A DNA stretch of 64,000 nucleotides. It comes from Fibrobacterales bacterium. GTDB taxonomy: Bacteria; Fibrobacterota; Fibrobacteria; Fibrobacterales; JAOPTW01. The DNA lies in the NCBI GenBank assembly GCA_051532035.1, contig JAOPTW010000006.1:96001-160000 (forward strand). The letters are read 5' to 3'. Below are positions 39,767-50,225 of the stretch, piece after piece. How positions within the stretch are numbered: the stretch's first letter is position 1; the number at the start of each line of letters is the position of its first letter. Position numbers and translations under genes: made by a program. Below the pieces are notes generated by a model. The model was not told the origin of the DNA and ran no database searches. It saw only the letters and a program-made list of their open reading frames with translations.

Positions 39767-39925
39767 ATGAACGTAGATCAACACCTTAAAGTAGCACAAT
39801 GGCACGTAGAACAAGCACGTCTTCACGCATCAACTGAGCACAAATGTGGATGTCCTCTCAGCACAGAGCATGAAAATGCAATTAAAGCTGTTGAAGAAGG
39901 CCTTATCAAAGAAGAGTCTCACTAA
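39767..39925 (+). CDS. Small His/Cys-rich protein (52 aa), not in the ORF track
   Basis: AGAGGA RBS; MNVDQHLKVAQWHVEQARLHASTEHKCGCPLSTEHENAIKAVEEGLIKEESH. Confidence 0.65.
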   Translation: MNVDQHLKVAQWHVEQARLHASTEHKCGCPLSTEHENAIKAVEEGLIKEESH

Positions 39926-40041
39926 GAGATCACTTCCACCAAACGGTATTTTATATAAGGCATGTGTTTTTCACGTGCCTTTTTTGATTTTTATGCGTAT
40001 ACTCATTTGAGAATATTGAGAAACCATACTAAGGTATTTCT

Positions 40042-40602
40042 ATGGATTACCATACTAAATCTGGTATTGCCGAATATATTGCGCTTGCCCAAGGATACGA
40101 CGGATCGGAAACAATCGAAGCCCTCTGCCACCACGTACCAGAAACGGCACGAGTGTTAGAGATCGGTATGGGCCCTGGTGTCGATTTTAAGATTTTGTCA
40201 CAATATAACCCTACTACAGGGTCAGACAATTCAAAACTATTTATTGAACGATATCAACAAATTGACCCCTATGCAGACCTCATGGTTCTCGATGCTGTTG
40301 CCATGAACACATCACGCACTTTTGATGCGCTTTATTCCAACAAAGTACTCCATCACCTAACGCAGCATGAACTGATCAAATCTTTTGCTAATCAATTAAA
40401 GGTCCTGAATAGTGGTGGTGTTATCTGTCACAGTTTTTGGGAAGGCTCACATGATGAGCATATGCATGGCCTCTATTTTAACTATCATACTCCTGAAGAA
40501 ATTGAAACACTTCTTTCCAGTAAATACCGAATTCTTGAAGTAACGGCATTTAGTGAGCTGGATGATAACGACTCATTTTTTATCATTGCACAAAAAAAAT
40601 AG
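40042..40602 (+). CDS. Class I SAM-dependent methyltransferase
   Basis: VLEIGMGPG, GSDNS, FD..YSNKVLHHL. Confidence 0.88.
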   Translation: MDYHTKSGIAEYIALAQGYDGSETIEALCHHVPETARVLEIGMGPGVDFKILSQYNPTTGSDNSKLFIERYQQIDPYADLMVLDAVAMNTSRTFDALYSNKVLHHLTQHELIKSFANQLKVLNSGGVICHSFWEGSHDEHMHGLYFNYHTPEEIETLLSSKYRILEVTAFSELDDNDSFFIIAQKK

Positions 40603-40739
40603 ACCCAAACCACAGTATCACTTTGGTATTGCAGACACTATCTTTTAACCCATAAAACACTATCCCAATTATTTAGCTGTTTCATTTACGCATTTTGATA
40701 AATCCTATTGAACTAACTTCTTAATACTATATTTTCCCC

Positions 40740-43700
40740 ATGCTTCAACATGATAAAACCCTTCAGGGCAATGAACTGATGTTAATACATCTGCGTAGTG
40801 GTGGAATAATTCACTGGGCTGATGAAAATTTTCTGAGATATATGTCTATTCAAGAGATTGACGTTATTGGCGTGCATAAAGATGTACTCTATCAGTCCCC
40901 TCAACTCAGTATTGCAAACATTATTATTCACACTCCCATTGATATTGACCGCCGAGTTGAGGCTGTTGATGAACAGGGTGACCTCTTTGAAGTAAAGATC
41001 ACTTGGAAGCAGAGTGAAGCACATATAGTTATTGAAAATATTGACCGTAAAAAACTGATTAAGAAAGAGAAAGTCTTTGGTAAATTTACCCTCATTGAAA
41101 AAATCGGACGAGGTGGCACTGCCGAAGTGTGGAAGGCCCGTGATGATGATTGGGGCTTAGTTGTTGCTGTTAAAAAAATGATCGCTGGGACTCACGCCAG
41201 TAAAGAAAACATCAAACGGTTTTTAAAAGAAGCCGAACTGATGAAACGCCTCAACCACAATAACATCTGTCACATTCATGAGGTCGGTCAGCACGAGGGC
41301 ATATATTACATATCAATGGAGTATATTGCTGGTGAAGACCTGAATGATTTTATCCTCTCAAATACTTTTTTACAACTCAAACAAAAATTAAAAATCGTTA
41401 AAGATGTACTCTCGGCAGTTCAGCACGCCCATGACAACGACATAATTCACCGCGACCTTAAGCCTGCCAATATTATGATGCGCAACAATGGTGAGCCTGT
41501 CGTTATGGATTTTGGTTTGGCACGTATAATCAATACCGAACATACCATTACTCTTGAAGACCAAGTTGTCGGCACTGTCGACTGGATGTCACCTGAACAG
41601 GCCCAGGCCTCTAGTGACATCGACGAACGAAGTGATATATTCTCAGTTGGCGCCATCATGTATTATCTTATGACGGGGCAAAAATGGTTTAACAGTAGCG
41701 GCAATATTTTTCGTGACACAAAACTGATACAGAAAAAAGAGCTCGTACCACCACGCCTACTCCAACCAACCTTAGCAAAAAGTCTCGAAACGATTATCCT
41801 CAAAGCGATGGATAAAAGTCCTCGAAGACGCTATCAATCTGCCATCAACTTTTTGGGCGACATTGTTCGATTCGAAAAAAATCAACGTATTACCGCTCGT
41901 AAGCCAACAATCCTTCATCGGCTGCACGAAAAATACCGACACAATCCCGTCTATTTTTGGGCACTGTTTTGCGTCGCCTCAATACTCATTCTCTCATCAG
42001 TATTGTTATATGGCCAACGGCTCAAAGAACTTGCCACCTGGGATCTCATTTTTTATGAGGATTTCAGTAGCTATGATTCTCCAACTGATGTCAGTAAACA
42101 CTGGATAGGCTATAGTGCGGATAGTTATACATGGTCTCAAGGGATGATACAACCATTTGCCTTTACCGACTCATCATTTTGGCATCTTGATTCAGGCGTA
42201 TTTACGAGTGATTTATCCAAGAGTAATATTTTTTGTGCAAACCTTACCTATAAAGACCGACTTCCCGGTAATATTCGCGTAGAATGGAAAATGAAAGGTT
42301 TCGAACACAACCTCAATTATGATGCTTACATAGCAGGTGAGACTCGATTTGATGGTTACACTTTTCATCTTGGTGGCTGGGACAATGAACAGTATTTTGT
42401 ACTCACCAAAGGGAAAGACGCTCTTATTCTCGACTATTCTATACAAGACACCCCACTTGAAATTAACCGTGAGTACGAATTTATCATGGAAAAAGAAGAC
42501 AAACACATTCGTCTCTATATGGATGGTGAGCTCATCTTTGACTACTTTGATTACAATATACTCTCAGGTGAGCGCAACCAGAGTTTTGGATTTGACAACT
42601 GCCTTAAGCACACTCAACAGGTGTATGACATAAAAGTGTACACCCAAGCAATCGCTCAAAAGATCTCACCCATCTCTATTGGGGATGCGTTTTTTGCTAA
42701 AGAGCAGTATCAAAATGCCTACGACCAATATTATCAATTGATGAATGCATACTCAGGTTCAAATATTGCAAAAGAAGCCCACTTCAAAAAGGCGCTCTCC
42801 CTAGCAAAACTTAAAAGAGATTCCATAGCGTTTTCTCTCTTTCAAACTTTTGAACAAGAACACCCCAATCATGAACAGGTCCCCTATTCAATCTACGAGA
42901 GAGCTCTTATCTTTCAAAGAAAGGGTGAACCCCATCAAGAAAAACTGCTCTACCAAGAGCTTTCAGTTCGGTTCCCTGGGCATCCTTTATTAAAACCAAT
43001 ATTTTTTAATAAAGGTACGGCACTTCTGAGTGAGTTACATGGACTCAAGACAACCAATCATGACTCAATTGTTTCGACAATACTCTCAAAACTTGATCAA
43101 GTCAAAATATGGGCACAACTTTTTGATCTCGACTTCGAAAACAACCCCTTTTCTCAACCAGTCTTTACACAACTCCTCAACTTAAAAGAATATGATATCA
43201 TTCTAGAGCACTTTAGTAATCCTCGATATATTCATATTTACGACAAGTATGCACAACTCCTCTACAGGATGCAGGCATACGACTCTATTAAGAGTGTCGA
43301 TAATTACACTCAGAAACTTATTGCATTATCCCACCTAAGGCAACGCGACTACAACGCTCTTAAAAAGAGCATCAGGCCCTATGATGGTCACGACGATATG
43401 CTTGCCACACTCTTTGGAATGAATGCCCCTCCTCAGCTCTTTACCCACTTTATCGATGAGCCGCAATTTCAGCCGCAATACTTCTCCTATTACTACACAA
43501 ATGATAAATCAGCCCAACTGAAAAGAATCGATTCATTAAGTGAGATCCAAACCGCCTATGCACGCACAGCCCGCACAGAATTCGACGAAGCCCTTGCCCT
43601 CCCAGAACACGCTAATGGTCTAAAAAAATGGTATCACGCTATGCAGCATCAGATTCCATTTTCTGTAAGCCCTGCTGACCCATTAATCCACTACTCACTC

Positions 43701-44297
43701 TCTACAGCCCAAGACCCCGAATGGACCACCAATCCACAATTTAGAAATACTCTGCCAAGTATTGATCGACACAATAAGGCTGACAGCGCTTTCAACTTTG
43801 ACGATTCTCATTTTGTAGATACCCCACAGAGTGGAGTACTCCCCCCCAATATTACTATCAGTGCATGGATAAACCCTTCGACGGTCCCAACAAACAGAAC
43901 CAGTACTATTTTATCACTGCTCCTCGATAGCACAGAGGGCATCACACTCAATCTTAAAAATATTGAAAGTCACTTCTATTTTGAAGTTGTACAAAAAACA
44001 GGAATAGAAACTGAGCAGTTTAATTCATTTTGCGAATCAACGCTCAGTGCTTGGACCCATCTCACATTGGTTGTTTCAGAAACAGACAAACACTATACTC
44101 TGTATATCAATGGCATGTTTGATTCATATATTCCAAAAATACAATCACTCAATAGCTCATCACTCAGTCGAGTCTATATTGGAACCGATGCTCATTCTAA
44201 AATTCAGTTTTTTAATGGAAGTATCGATGATGTTACAATATATGGAGAGGCATTTAATCCAAAAGAAGTACACGCGCTCTTCCGCAAAGAACAATAA
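40740..44297 (+). CDS. Membrane Hanks-type Ser/Thr kinase (PAS-like, kinase, TM, lectin-like beta-sandwich, TPR, LamG)
   Basis: GRGGTAEV, VAVK, HRDLKPAN, DFG, MSPEQ; TM YFWALFCVASILILSSVLL; TISAWINP...WTHL...LYING...FNGSIDDV. Confidence 0.88.
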   Translation: MLQHDKTLQGNELMLIHLRSGGIIHWADENFLRYMSIQEIDVIGVHKDVLYQSPQLSIANIIIHTPIDIDRRVEAVDEQGDLFEVKITWKQSEAHIVIENIDRKKLIKKEKVFGKFTLIEKIGRGGTAEVWKARDDDWGLVVAVKKMIAGTHASKENIKRFLKEAELMKRLNHNNICHIHEVGQHEGIYYISMEYIAGEDLNDFILSNTFLQLKQKLKIVKDVLSAVQHAHDNDIIHRDLKPANIMMRNNGEPVVMDFGLARIINTEHTITLEDQVVGTVDWMSPEQAQASSDIDERSDIFSVGAIMYYLMTGQKWFNSSGNIFRDTKLIQKKELVPPRLLQPTLAKSLETIILKAMDKSPRRRYQSAINFLGDIVRFEKNQRITARKPTILHRLHEKYRHNPVYFWALFCVASILILSSVLLYGQRLKELATWDLIFYEDFSSYDSPTDVSKHWIGYSADSYTWSQGMIQPFAFTDSSFWHLDSGVFTSDLSKSNIFCANLTYKDRLPGNIRVEWKMKGFEHNLNYDAYIAGETRFDGYTFHLGGWDNEQYFVLTKGKDALILDYSIQDTPLEINREYEFIMEKEDKHIRLYMDGELIFDYFDYNILSGERNQSFGFDNCLKHTQQVYDIKVYTQAIAQKISPISIGDAFFAKEQYQNAYDQYYQLMNAYSGSNIAKEAHFKKALSLAKLKRDSIAFSLFQTFEQEHPNHEQVPYSIYERALIFQRKGEPHQEKLLYQELSVRFPGHPLLKPIFFNKGTALLSELHGLKTTNHDSIVSTILSKLDQVKIWAQLFDLDFENNPFSQPVFTQLLNLKEYDIILEHFSNPRYIHIYDKYAQLLYRMQAYDSIKSVDNYTQKLIALSHLRQRDYNALKKSIRPYDGHDDMLATLFGMNAPPQLFTHFIDEPQFQPQYFSYYYTNDKSAQLKRIDSLSEIQTAYARTARTEFDEALALPEHANGLKKWYHAMQHQIPFSVSPADPLIHYSLSTAQDPEWTTNPQFRNTLPSIDRHNKADSAFNFDDSHFVDTPQSGVLPPNITISAWINPSTVPTNRTSTILSLLLDSTEGITLNLKNIESHFYFEVVQKTGIETEQFNSFCESTLSAWTHLTLVVSETDKHYTLYINGMFDSYIPKIQSLNSSSLSRVYIGTDAHSKIQFFNGSIDDVTIYGEAFNPKEVHALFRKEQ

Positions 44298-44306
44298 CAT
44301 TGACAT

Positions 44307-44338
44307 AAAAAAGGCCGGTATTGATTAAATACCGGCCT
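44307..44338 (-). terminator. Intrinsic terminator between the kinase and topB
   Basis: AGGCCGGTATT-GATTA-AATACCGGCCT with an A run on the left (T run on the minus strand). Confidence 0.75.
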
Positions 44339-44385
44339 ACATTTCATTTCTACAATAGAAATTAGACTCAATATTGAGTCAACTA

Positions 44386-47067
44386 TTATGATTTCTTTTT
44401 GACCGCTTTCTTAGTTGCTTTCTTAGCAACCTTTTTCTTGGCTACTTTCTTTTTCGTTACTTTTTTGGCTACTTTTTTCTTTACAGCTTTTTTAGTCGCC
44501 TTCTTTTTCGCTACTTTTTTCTTAGCTACTTTCTTTTTAGTAACTCTTTTCTTAGCCGTAGCCTCTGCTTCAACCTCTTGTGCTACACCTTTTGCATCAC
44601 CTTCAGCAGCAGCCTTCTTCCCTTTACGTGGAGGGAACGAGAACTTGATTTTCCCTTTAGCATCGAACTCGAGAAAAGCATCAAAGAGACGTTTAGTCTT
44701 AGTAGAACGCATCCCCTCAATAACATCAGTCTTTTCACCCGCAAGCATCTTCTGCATATTTTCAAGAGTAATCTCTTTACCCAAGATGATACGATTAATA
44801 CGAAGACCTGTCTTCTCTTTTGCTATCTGAGACTTTGAAATATAAATGGTATCGGTCTGATATACTTCTGAATCATCAGTATGAGACTTACCCACATAGG
44901 TTGCTTCGTTGAGATCAATTTGGTCGTCATCATCTTCATTATTGCCAAAATCAAAAGCTATCTTATACTCTTCAGAGAGTTTTATGCTGGCAGTAAAAGG
45001 ATTACCTCTTTTTGAACGAAACCCCTCCATTGGACCAATCTGTTTATCATTCATCAGAGTCTCAATCTCTTCAGGAGCCATCTGACGCCCCCCCATCATA
45101 CGGCGCAATTTAATTTCGCCATCTTCTGAGACATACCGAGAGATCGTTTGATACCATTTTTGGCCACCATGCTTAATAGGGACTTCAAATTTAGTCGAGT
45201 CCTCATCAAATCCTTTGACTTTCGAGACAATTCCCTCAGCCGATTTAACAATCTCTTTCATGAAATCTTTACGAGTCAATTTCCCTTGCTCAATCAATGC
45301 AAGTTTATGTTCCCATTCACCCGTTAACTCTGGTGAACGAAGAGCTTCGATCTCCATCGCTCCAATAAGACGTAACAATTCAATTGCTTTTACTGTAGGA
45401 ATAAGTTCACGGTCCTCACGAACCATATACTTATCACTCACCAATTTTTCAATGATAGCAGCACGAGTCGCTGGTGTTCCAAGGCCCCGTTCTTTCATAG
45501 CATCGGCAAGTTCATCATCCTCAACAAGTTTACCCGCCCCTTCCATTGCAGAAAGAAGGGTCGACTCTGTAAATCGAGCAGGTGGTTTCGTCTGATCGTA
45601 CTCTTTGAGTACCTCTTTAGAGGCGACACTTCCAGGATCAGAAAGAGCTTGTAAGAATTTTTCTCCCGAGCTCTCATTATTATAAATTGCACGCCAACCT
45701 GGAACTTCAAGTACTTTACCTTCAGTTTTAAAGCTTTCACCCTCTACTACAGATATGCGTGTGGTATTTAAAAAGCGAGCAGGAGGAAAAAAGACCCCGA
45801 GAAAACGCTGTACCACCATTGTATAAATCTTCTCTTCTTGATCAGAGAGTTTTTTAGGTGATGCTGTTGTTGGAATGATGGCATGGTGATCCGATATCTT
45901 TGCATTATTAAAAATGCGTTTATCGGGTTTAATAAATCCTTTGCTCAGAGCCTCTTTTGCATATTTTCCAAACTGGCTTGAGTCACCAAGGTGCTCAAAC
46001 GTTTGCTCGACCTGAGGAATATAATCTTCAGGGAGGCATTTAGAGTCGGTTCTTGGATAGGTGAGCATTTTGTGTTTTTCGTAAAGAGACTGTACTATTG
46101 AAAGTGTTCCTCTCGCAGAAAAACCAAAGCGACTATTTGCTTCACGTTGTAAACTAGTCAAATCATAGAGTGGCGGACACTTTGAGGTCGATGGCCTTGC
46201 AGTCTCTGTAACGTCTGCTGGCTTGCCACTGCATTTATTTTTAATCTCTTCAGCACTTGCTTCATCCCATACTCTATCAGCACGACCAATAGGGTTTGTT
46301 TCATCTTTTTTAAATGTGGGGTCATACCATTTTCCTTGATACAGTCCCTCTTTCGAATCAAAATCAGCGGTAAGAGTCCAATAATCTGTAGGAACAAACT
46401 TATTTCTCGCACCTTCTCTCTCAACAATCATACTCAAGGTAGGTGTCTGAACTCGGCCACATGGGGTCAAATGAAACCCACCAAACTTGTTATTATATCC
46501 AGTTAAGCCTCGTGAACCATTAATACCAATAATCCAATCCGCTTCAGATCGACATTTTGCCGCATCTGCAAGATTAATCATCTCTTCATCAGTTCTGAGA
46601 TTGGCAAATCCACGTTGAATTGCCTCTTTTGTCATAGATTGAAGCCAGAGCCTACTCATTTTTTTATTGAGTTTACGCTTCTCTTCTACCTTATCCATTA
46701 TATAGCGAAAGATCAATTCACCTTCGCGGCCCGCATCGCAGGCATTAATAATATGGGTTACTTCTTTATTCCGAATGAGCTTCGAAAGAGCATTATATTG
46801 AACTTTACTTCGGTCAATAGTCTTAAGCTTATACTCTTTTGGGATAATGGGAAGCCATTTAAGGGCCCAACTTTTATACTGTTCATCCATCTCACGTGGA
46901 TCACACAATGTAACAAGGTGACCAACAGCATATGAGACAATATAAGAATCACTCACATAATGAGTCTTCTCTTTTGTAAATGTCCCGGGCAACACTTTGG
47001 TTAAATCTGCTGCGACACTTGGTTTTTCCGCGATAACAAGAGTCAATTCTTGGTTATTTTCGGCCAT
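44386..47067 (-). CDS. topB: DNA topoisomerase III (type IA) with C-terminal repeats and a Lys/Ala-rich tail
   Basis: IAEKPSVA, NACDAGREGELIF, GRVQTPTL, TYPRTD (catalytic Tyr), GLGTPATRA, GFRSKRG. Confidence 0.9.
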   Translation of the reverse strand: MAENNQELTLVIAEKPSVAADLTKVLPGTFTKEKTHYVSDSYIVSYAVGHLVTLCDPREMDEQYKSWALKWLPIIPKEYKLKTIDRSKVQYNALSKLIRNKEVTHIINACDAGREGELIFRYIMDKVEEKRKLNKKMSRLWLQSMTKEAIQRGFANLRTDEEMINLADAAKCRSEADWIIGINGSRGLTGYNNKFGGFHLTPCGRVQTPTLSMIVEREGARNKFVPTDYWTLTADFDSKEGLYQGKWYDPTFKKDETNPIGRADRVWDEASAEEIKNKCSGKPADVTETARPSTSKCPPLYDLTSLQREANSRFGFSARGTLSIVQSLYEKHKMLTYPRTDSKCLPEDYIPQVEQTFEHLGDSSQFGKYAKEALSKGFIKPDKRIFNNAKISDHHAIIPTTASPKKLSDQEEKIYTMVVQRFLGVFFPPARFLNTTRISVVEGESFKTEGKVLEVPGWRAIYNNESSGEKFLQALSDPGSVASKEVLKEYDQTKPPARFTESTLLSAMEGAGKLVEDDELADAMKERGLGTPATRAAIIEKLVSDKYMVREDRELIPTVKAIELLRLIGAMEIEALRSPELTGEWEHKLALIEQGKLTRKDFMKEIVKSAEGIVSKVKGFDEDSTKFEVPIKHGGQKWYQTISRYVSEDGEIKLRRMMGGRQMAPEEIETLMNDKQIGPMEGFRSKRGNPFTASIKLSEEYKIAFDFGNNEDDDDQIDLNEATYVGKSHTDDSEVYQTDTIYISKSQIAKEKTGLRINRIILGKEITLENMQKMLAGEKTDVIEGMRSTKTKRLFDAFLEFDAKGKIKFSFPPRKGKKAAAEGDAKGVAQEVEAEATAKKRVTKKKVAKKKVAKKKATKKAVKKKVAKKVTKKKVAKKKVAKKATKKAVKKKS
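44391..44553 (-). repeat. Degenerate ~15-nt coding tandem repeat encoding KKVAKKK/KKATKK units
   Basis: Translation AKKRVTKKKVAKKKVAKKKATKKAVKKKVAKKVTKKKVAKKKVAKKATKKAVKKK. Confidence 0.85.
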
Positions 47068-47249
47068 AATTCAAAAAACTCGTTTTAGGGCATTGTGACT
47101 CATTAAACAATAATCAGTCAGTGTATTTACCCGTACATAACAATTTCACCCCTAAAACGTCTTGCTTTAGGGCACCAATAAGATACTTCATATTTACTAA
47201 ATTCAAAGAAAAATAAAGGGATTAATTTGAGGTCCCCCTTAAAAATAGT

Positions 47250-47636
47250 CTACTCTTCCTCAAAAATCTCTGATAATGTAAGCTTAAAGTCCTCTACAAA
47301 ATCTTCATTTGCAAATTTAAGGGGTTTTTCGATATACCCTTTAGCGCCAAGCTTCATACATTCCAACATAGTATTCCCCTTTAATGCCGAAATTATCAAC
47401 ACATTGATATCGGGAAACTCCATAGAGAGTTCATTTAAGGTAGTTTTGCCATCTTTATTGGGCATAGTTATGTCTAAGGTAAGAAGATCAGGCTGATATT
47501 TACGATAATATTTGACTGCATCATTCCCATCATTCCCAGTAGCCAGGACTTTATAACCCATTTTTTCAGTAAAAAACCACACCAACTGTTCAAGCTGGAA
47601 ATCCGAATCATCAATAAGTACTACTGATTTTGACAT
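47250..47636 (-). CDS. Single-domain CheY-like response regulator
   Basis: IDDS, LDITMP.KDG, ISA, IEKP. Confidence 0.9.
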   Translation of the reverse strand: MSKSVVLIDDSDFQLEQLVWFFTEKMGYKVLATGNDGNDAVKYYRKYQPDLLTLDITMPNKDGKTTLNELSMEFPDINVLIISALKGNTMLECMKLGAKGYIEKPLKFANEDFVEDFKLTLSEIFEEE

Positions 47637-47642
47637 ACTATC

Positions 47643-50225
47643 CTATACTGATATCAAGGGAACGCGTATCGTAAATACCGACCCCTCATCTTTAGCCGAA
47701 GAGAGATCAATAGTTCCTCCGAGGCGCTTTACATTCCGTGCTACAACTGACATTCCAACTCCTCTTCCAGAGGTAATGCTGACCTCCTCTTTTTGTGAGA
47801 GGTCCTGGAGGAATATTAAATTTACTTTTTCTTTATCTGAAAGCCTATCTATATCTTCAGGAATGATCAAATTCTGCTCAAGAGCCCTTTGGGCAATCCC
47901 CTCTGGATCAATACCGACGCCATTATCCTTAACAATAAACTGCTCTTCATCTTTCTGTAAATTATAGACCAGCTTTACTACAAAAGAACCCTCAGTTTTA
48001 CCTTCACACCCATGATCAAATGCATTTTTTATCAACTGCACCAGGGCATCATCAAAACGACTAAAGGTATCTGGGTGGAGCTCAATATCAGACGAAACCA
48101 CTTCGAGCTTGGCAGGTACTTGCAGTCTATTATAGAACTTCTCTGCAAGGTCGTGATACTTTTTGGTCAAGAAATGAGGTGATTTGTACTGCATCGTTGT
48201 GCAGAGCTTAAGCAGGTCTTGATAAAGGTCTTCATTAAATCCGTTCCGTAAAGTCCCTATGGCATCCATAATTCGAGAAACTTTTGACTTTGAAACATCA
48301 ATATACTCTTCTTCAGGCTTAAAAAGCAGCCTAAAGAGTTGCTCGAGTTTATCCATACTTTCCACGAGTTCTTCTATCGCTTCACGAAATTCAGAAACCA
48401 TATCTTCACGGCTCAATGACCCTATTTTAAATATATGAAGGACCTCTTCGGCGTTGTGCGCATAGAGGCTCACATCTACAAACCCAAGACTTCCTGCATT
48501 ACCCTTAATAGTGTGTAATTCATCCATCCAGGCACTGGCTTTATAATCATCTTTAAACTGTGAGAGCTCTGACAAAATAAAGCGCACCCGCTTATGAGAG
48601 TCTGTTAGAAAGTCATTGATAATGCTTCTTGAGTTTTTAACAAGGGCAATAATGGTTTGCACTTCCCGCTCATTTTTCTCACGCTCTACTTCAATTCTAT
48701 TTTCAATTTCAATATCTTCGCTCACATCACGAGCCAATACCATTATTTTATTCAGCACGCCTGTTTTTTGATCAAAAAGCGGCTGAAAGTTGAGGTCAAC
48801 ATATTTCACAGTATCATCGTCATGCTCTATTTCAACTTCTGTTATAGAGAGAAGCTTCTGGAGTTTTGACCACCGCATCTTCCCATGTTTCTCTTTAACC
48901 AGTTCAAGCCAAGACATAAAATCTCTCAACTCTTGATCGGTCAACCTAAAAAGTTCAGTAAGTGACGTATTTTGAAACTGCTCTATCTCAAGAATTTCAT
49001 TTGTCTGTTTAGAGCATTCTGGGTTTATTGAACCATCAAGATTAATAGTAAAGAGCCCTTGATAGATATTATCCATAATCTCTTTCAGCTGCTGGATTTT
49101 CTCTTCGACCAAAAACTCAAGATCATCGGTATAGTTCTTAAGTTTAGAGCGCATAAATTCAACATTTTGAGCGAGGTACCCGAGTTCATCATTCCCCGTC
49201 TTGACCCGCACTTCACTCTTTAAATTTCCATCTGCTATCTGACGAGTAACATCCGCTATCTGCTTGATAGGAGTCACGAGTTTTTTAGTAACAACAAGTG
49301 TTATCAGTGTTGCGATAATAACAATTGCAATAACGATTAGAATCAATACATTAAGGGCGTCATCAACCTCAGCAGTTATCTCTTTAAGAGGCACTTGTAT
49401 AATCACCCCAATATTTTGCTGTGGCATAATACGACACACCGCAAAGTAATCTACCCCATCTTCAGTATAGCGTAGATATTCTGACCCATTCCCTTCAATT
49501 ATTGCCTTAACCGGCGCACTTGAAAGGAATACTTTACGAGCTAATGAGTCACTCCTGAGATATTGAATCTTTCTTTTATCAGGATGTGATACCAACACTC
49601 CTTGGCGGGTTACAATATATGCAAACCCACTCTGACCTATTTTTCTCGAATCAGCAACACTCCAAAGGCGACGAAGGGATATATCTGCCACCACAAAACC
49701 CGGTTCATTATAGCCTTGGAAATACTGGGCGATAGAAGTATGGGGAAGGTCGTATTTCCACATGATATTATTGGCATAGTAAACCGATGTCCAACGATCA
49801 TTGTACGAATCCAACTTAAGCTCTTCTTTTCGATTTTTAAGAGTCGTACTCAATCTATTAGTAACGAGCTCTTGTCCGGAAGAGTCAAGAACTGCTAACT
49901 TTTCGGTAATGGAAAAAAAAAGATTCATCTCATCACGTTTAATCTCAGCAATCATTTTCGATTGATCCAAAGTCCGAATGGTACTAATAGAAGAGACAAT
50001 GGCAACACTTTGCTCGATAGGCTCAAACTGGGATTCTATTTGCGAAACTAATTGATTAGCACTATTTATCGTACTCTCTTCAACCCGTTGAATAAGTGAG
50101 CGCTCAAAGTCTTGTAAAATGACAAAACTTACCAATAGCACAGAAATAATTGAAACTCCGAGCGTCAGTGCGAGAAGCTTTCCATGTATGCCATTAAAAC
50201 GTAAGAAAGTTTTTTGTATCCCCAT
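47643..50225 (-). CDS. Membrane sensor kinase: dCache-HAMP-PAS-Hpt-CheA-type HATPase, no CheW domain
   Basis: Two TM helices; YIV...G..VSHPD (Cache), DELG.LA (HAMP), ELHTIKGNA (Hpt), KNAFDHG, DNGVG, SGRGVGM; ends immediately after the ATPase. Confidence 0.85.
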   Translation of the reverse strand: MGIQKTFLRFNGIHGKLLALTLGVSIISVLLVSFVILQDFERSLIQRVEESTINSANQLVSQIESQFEPIEQSVAIVSSISTIRTLDQSKMIAEIKRDEMNLFFSITEKLAVLDSSGQELVTNRLSTTLKNRKEELKLDSYNDRWTSVYYANNIMWKYDLPHTSIAQYFQGYNEPGFVVADISLRRLWSVADSRKIGQSGFAYIVTRQGVLVSHPDKRKIQYLRSDSLARKVFLSSAPVKAIIEGNGSEYLRYTEDGVDYFAVCRIMPQQNIGVIIQVPLKEITAEVDDALNVLILIVIAIVIIATLITLVVTKKLVTPIKQIADVTRQIADGNLKSEVRVKTGNDELGYLAQNVEFMRSKLKNYTDDLEFLVEEKIQQLKEIMDNIYQGLFTINLDGSINPECSKQTNEILEIEQFQNTSLTELFRLTDQELRDFMSWLELVKEKHGKMRWSKLQKLLSITEVEIEHDDDTVKYVDLNFQPLFDQKTGVLNKIMVLARDVSEDIEIENRIEVEREKNEREVQTIIALVKNSRSIINDFLTDSHKRVRFILSELSQFKDDYKASAWMDELHTIKGNAGSLGFVDVSLYAHNAEEVLHIFKIGSLSREDMVSEFREAIEELVESMDKLEQLFRLLFKPEEEYIDVSKSKVSRIMDAIGTLRNGFNEDLYQDLLKLCTTMQYKSPHFLTKKYHDLAEKFYNRLQVPAKLEVVSSDIELHPDTFSRFDDALVQLIKNAFDHGCEGKTEGSFVVKLVYNLQKDEEQFIVKDNGVGIDPEGIAQRALEQNLIIPEDIDRLSDKEKVNLIFLQDLSQKEEVSITSGRGVGMSVVARNVKRLGGTIDLSSAKDEGSVFTIRVPLISV

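Noticed and set aside
44399..44830. 143-aa hydrophobic FLAT-repeat ORF on the + strand
   Set aside because: Antisense shadow of the Lys-rich topB tail
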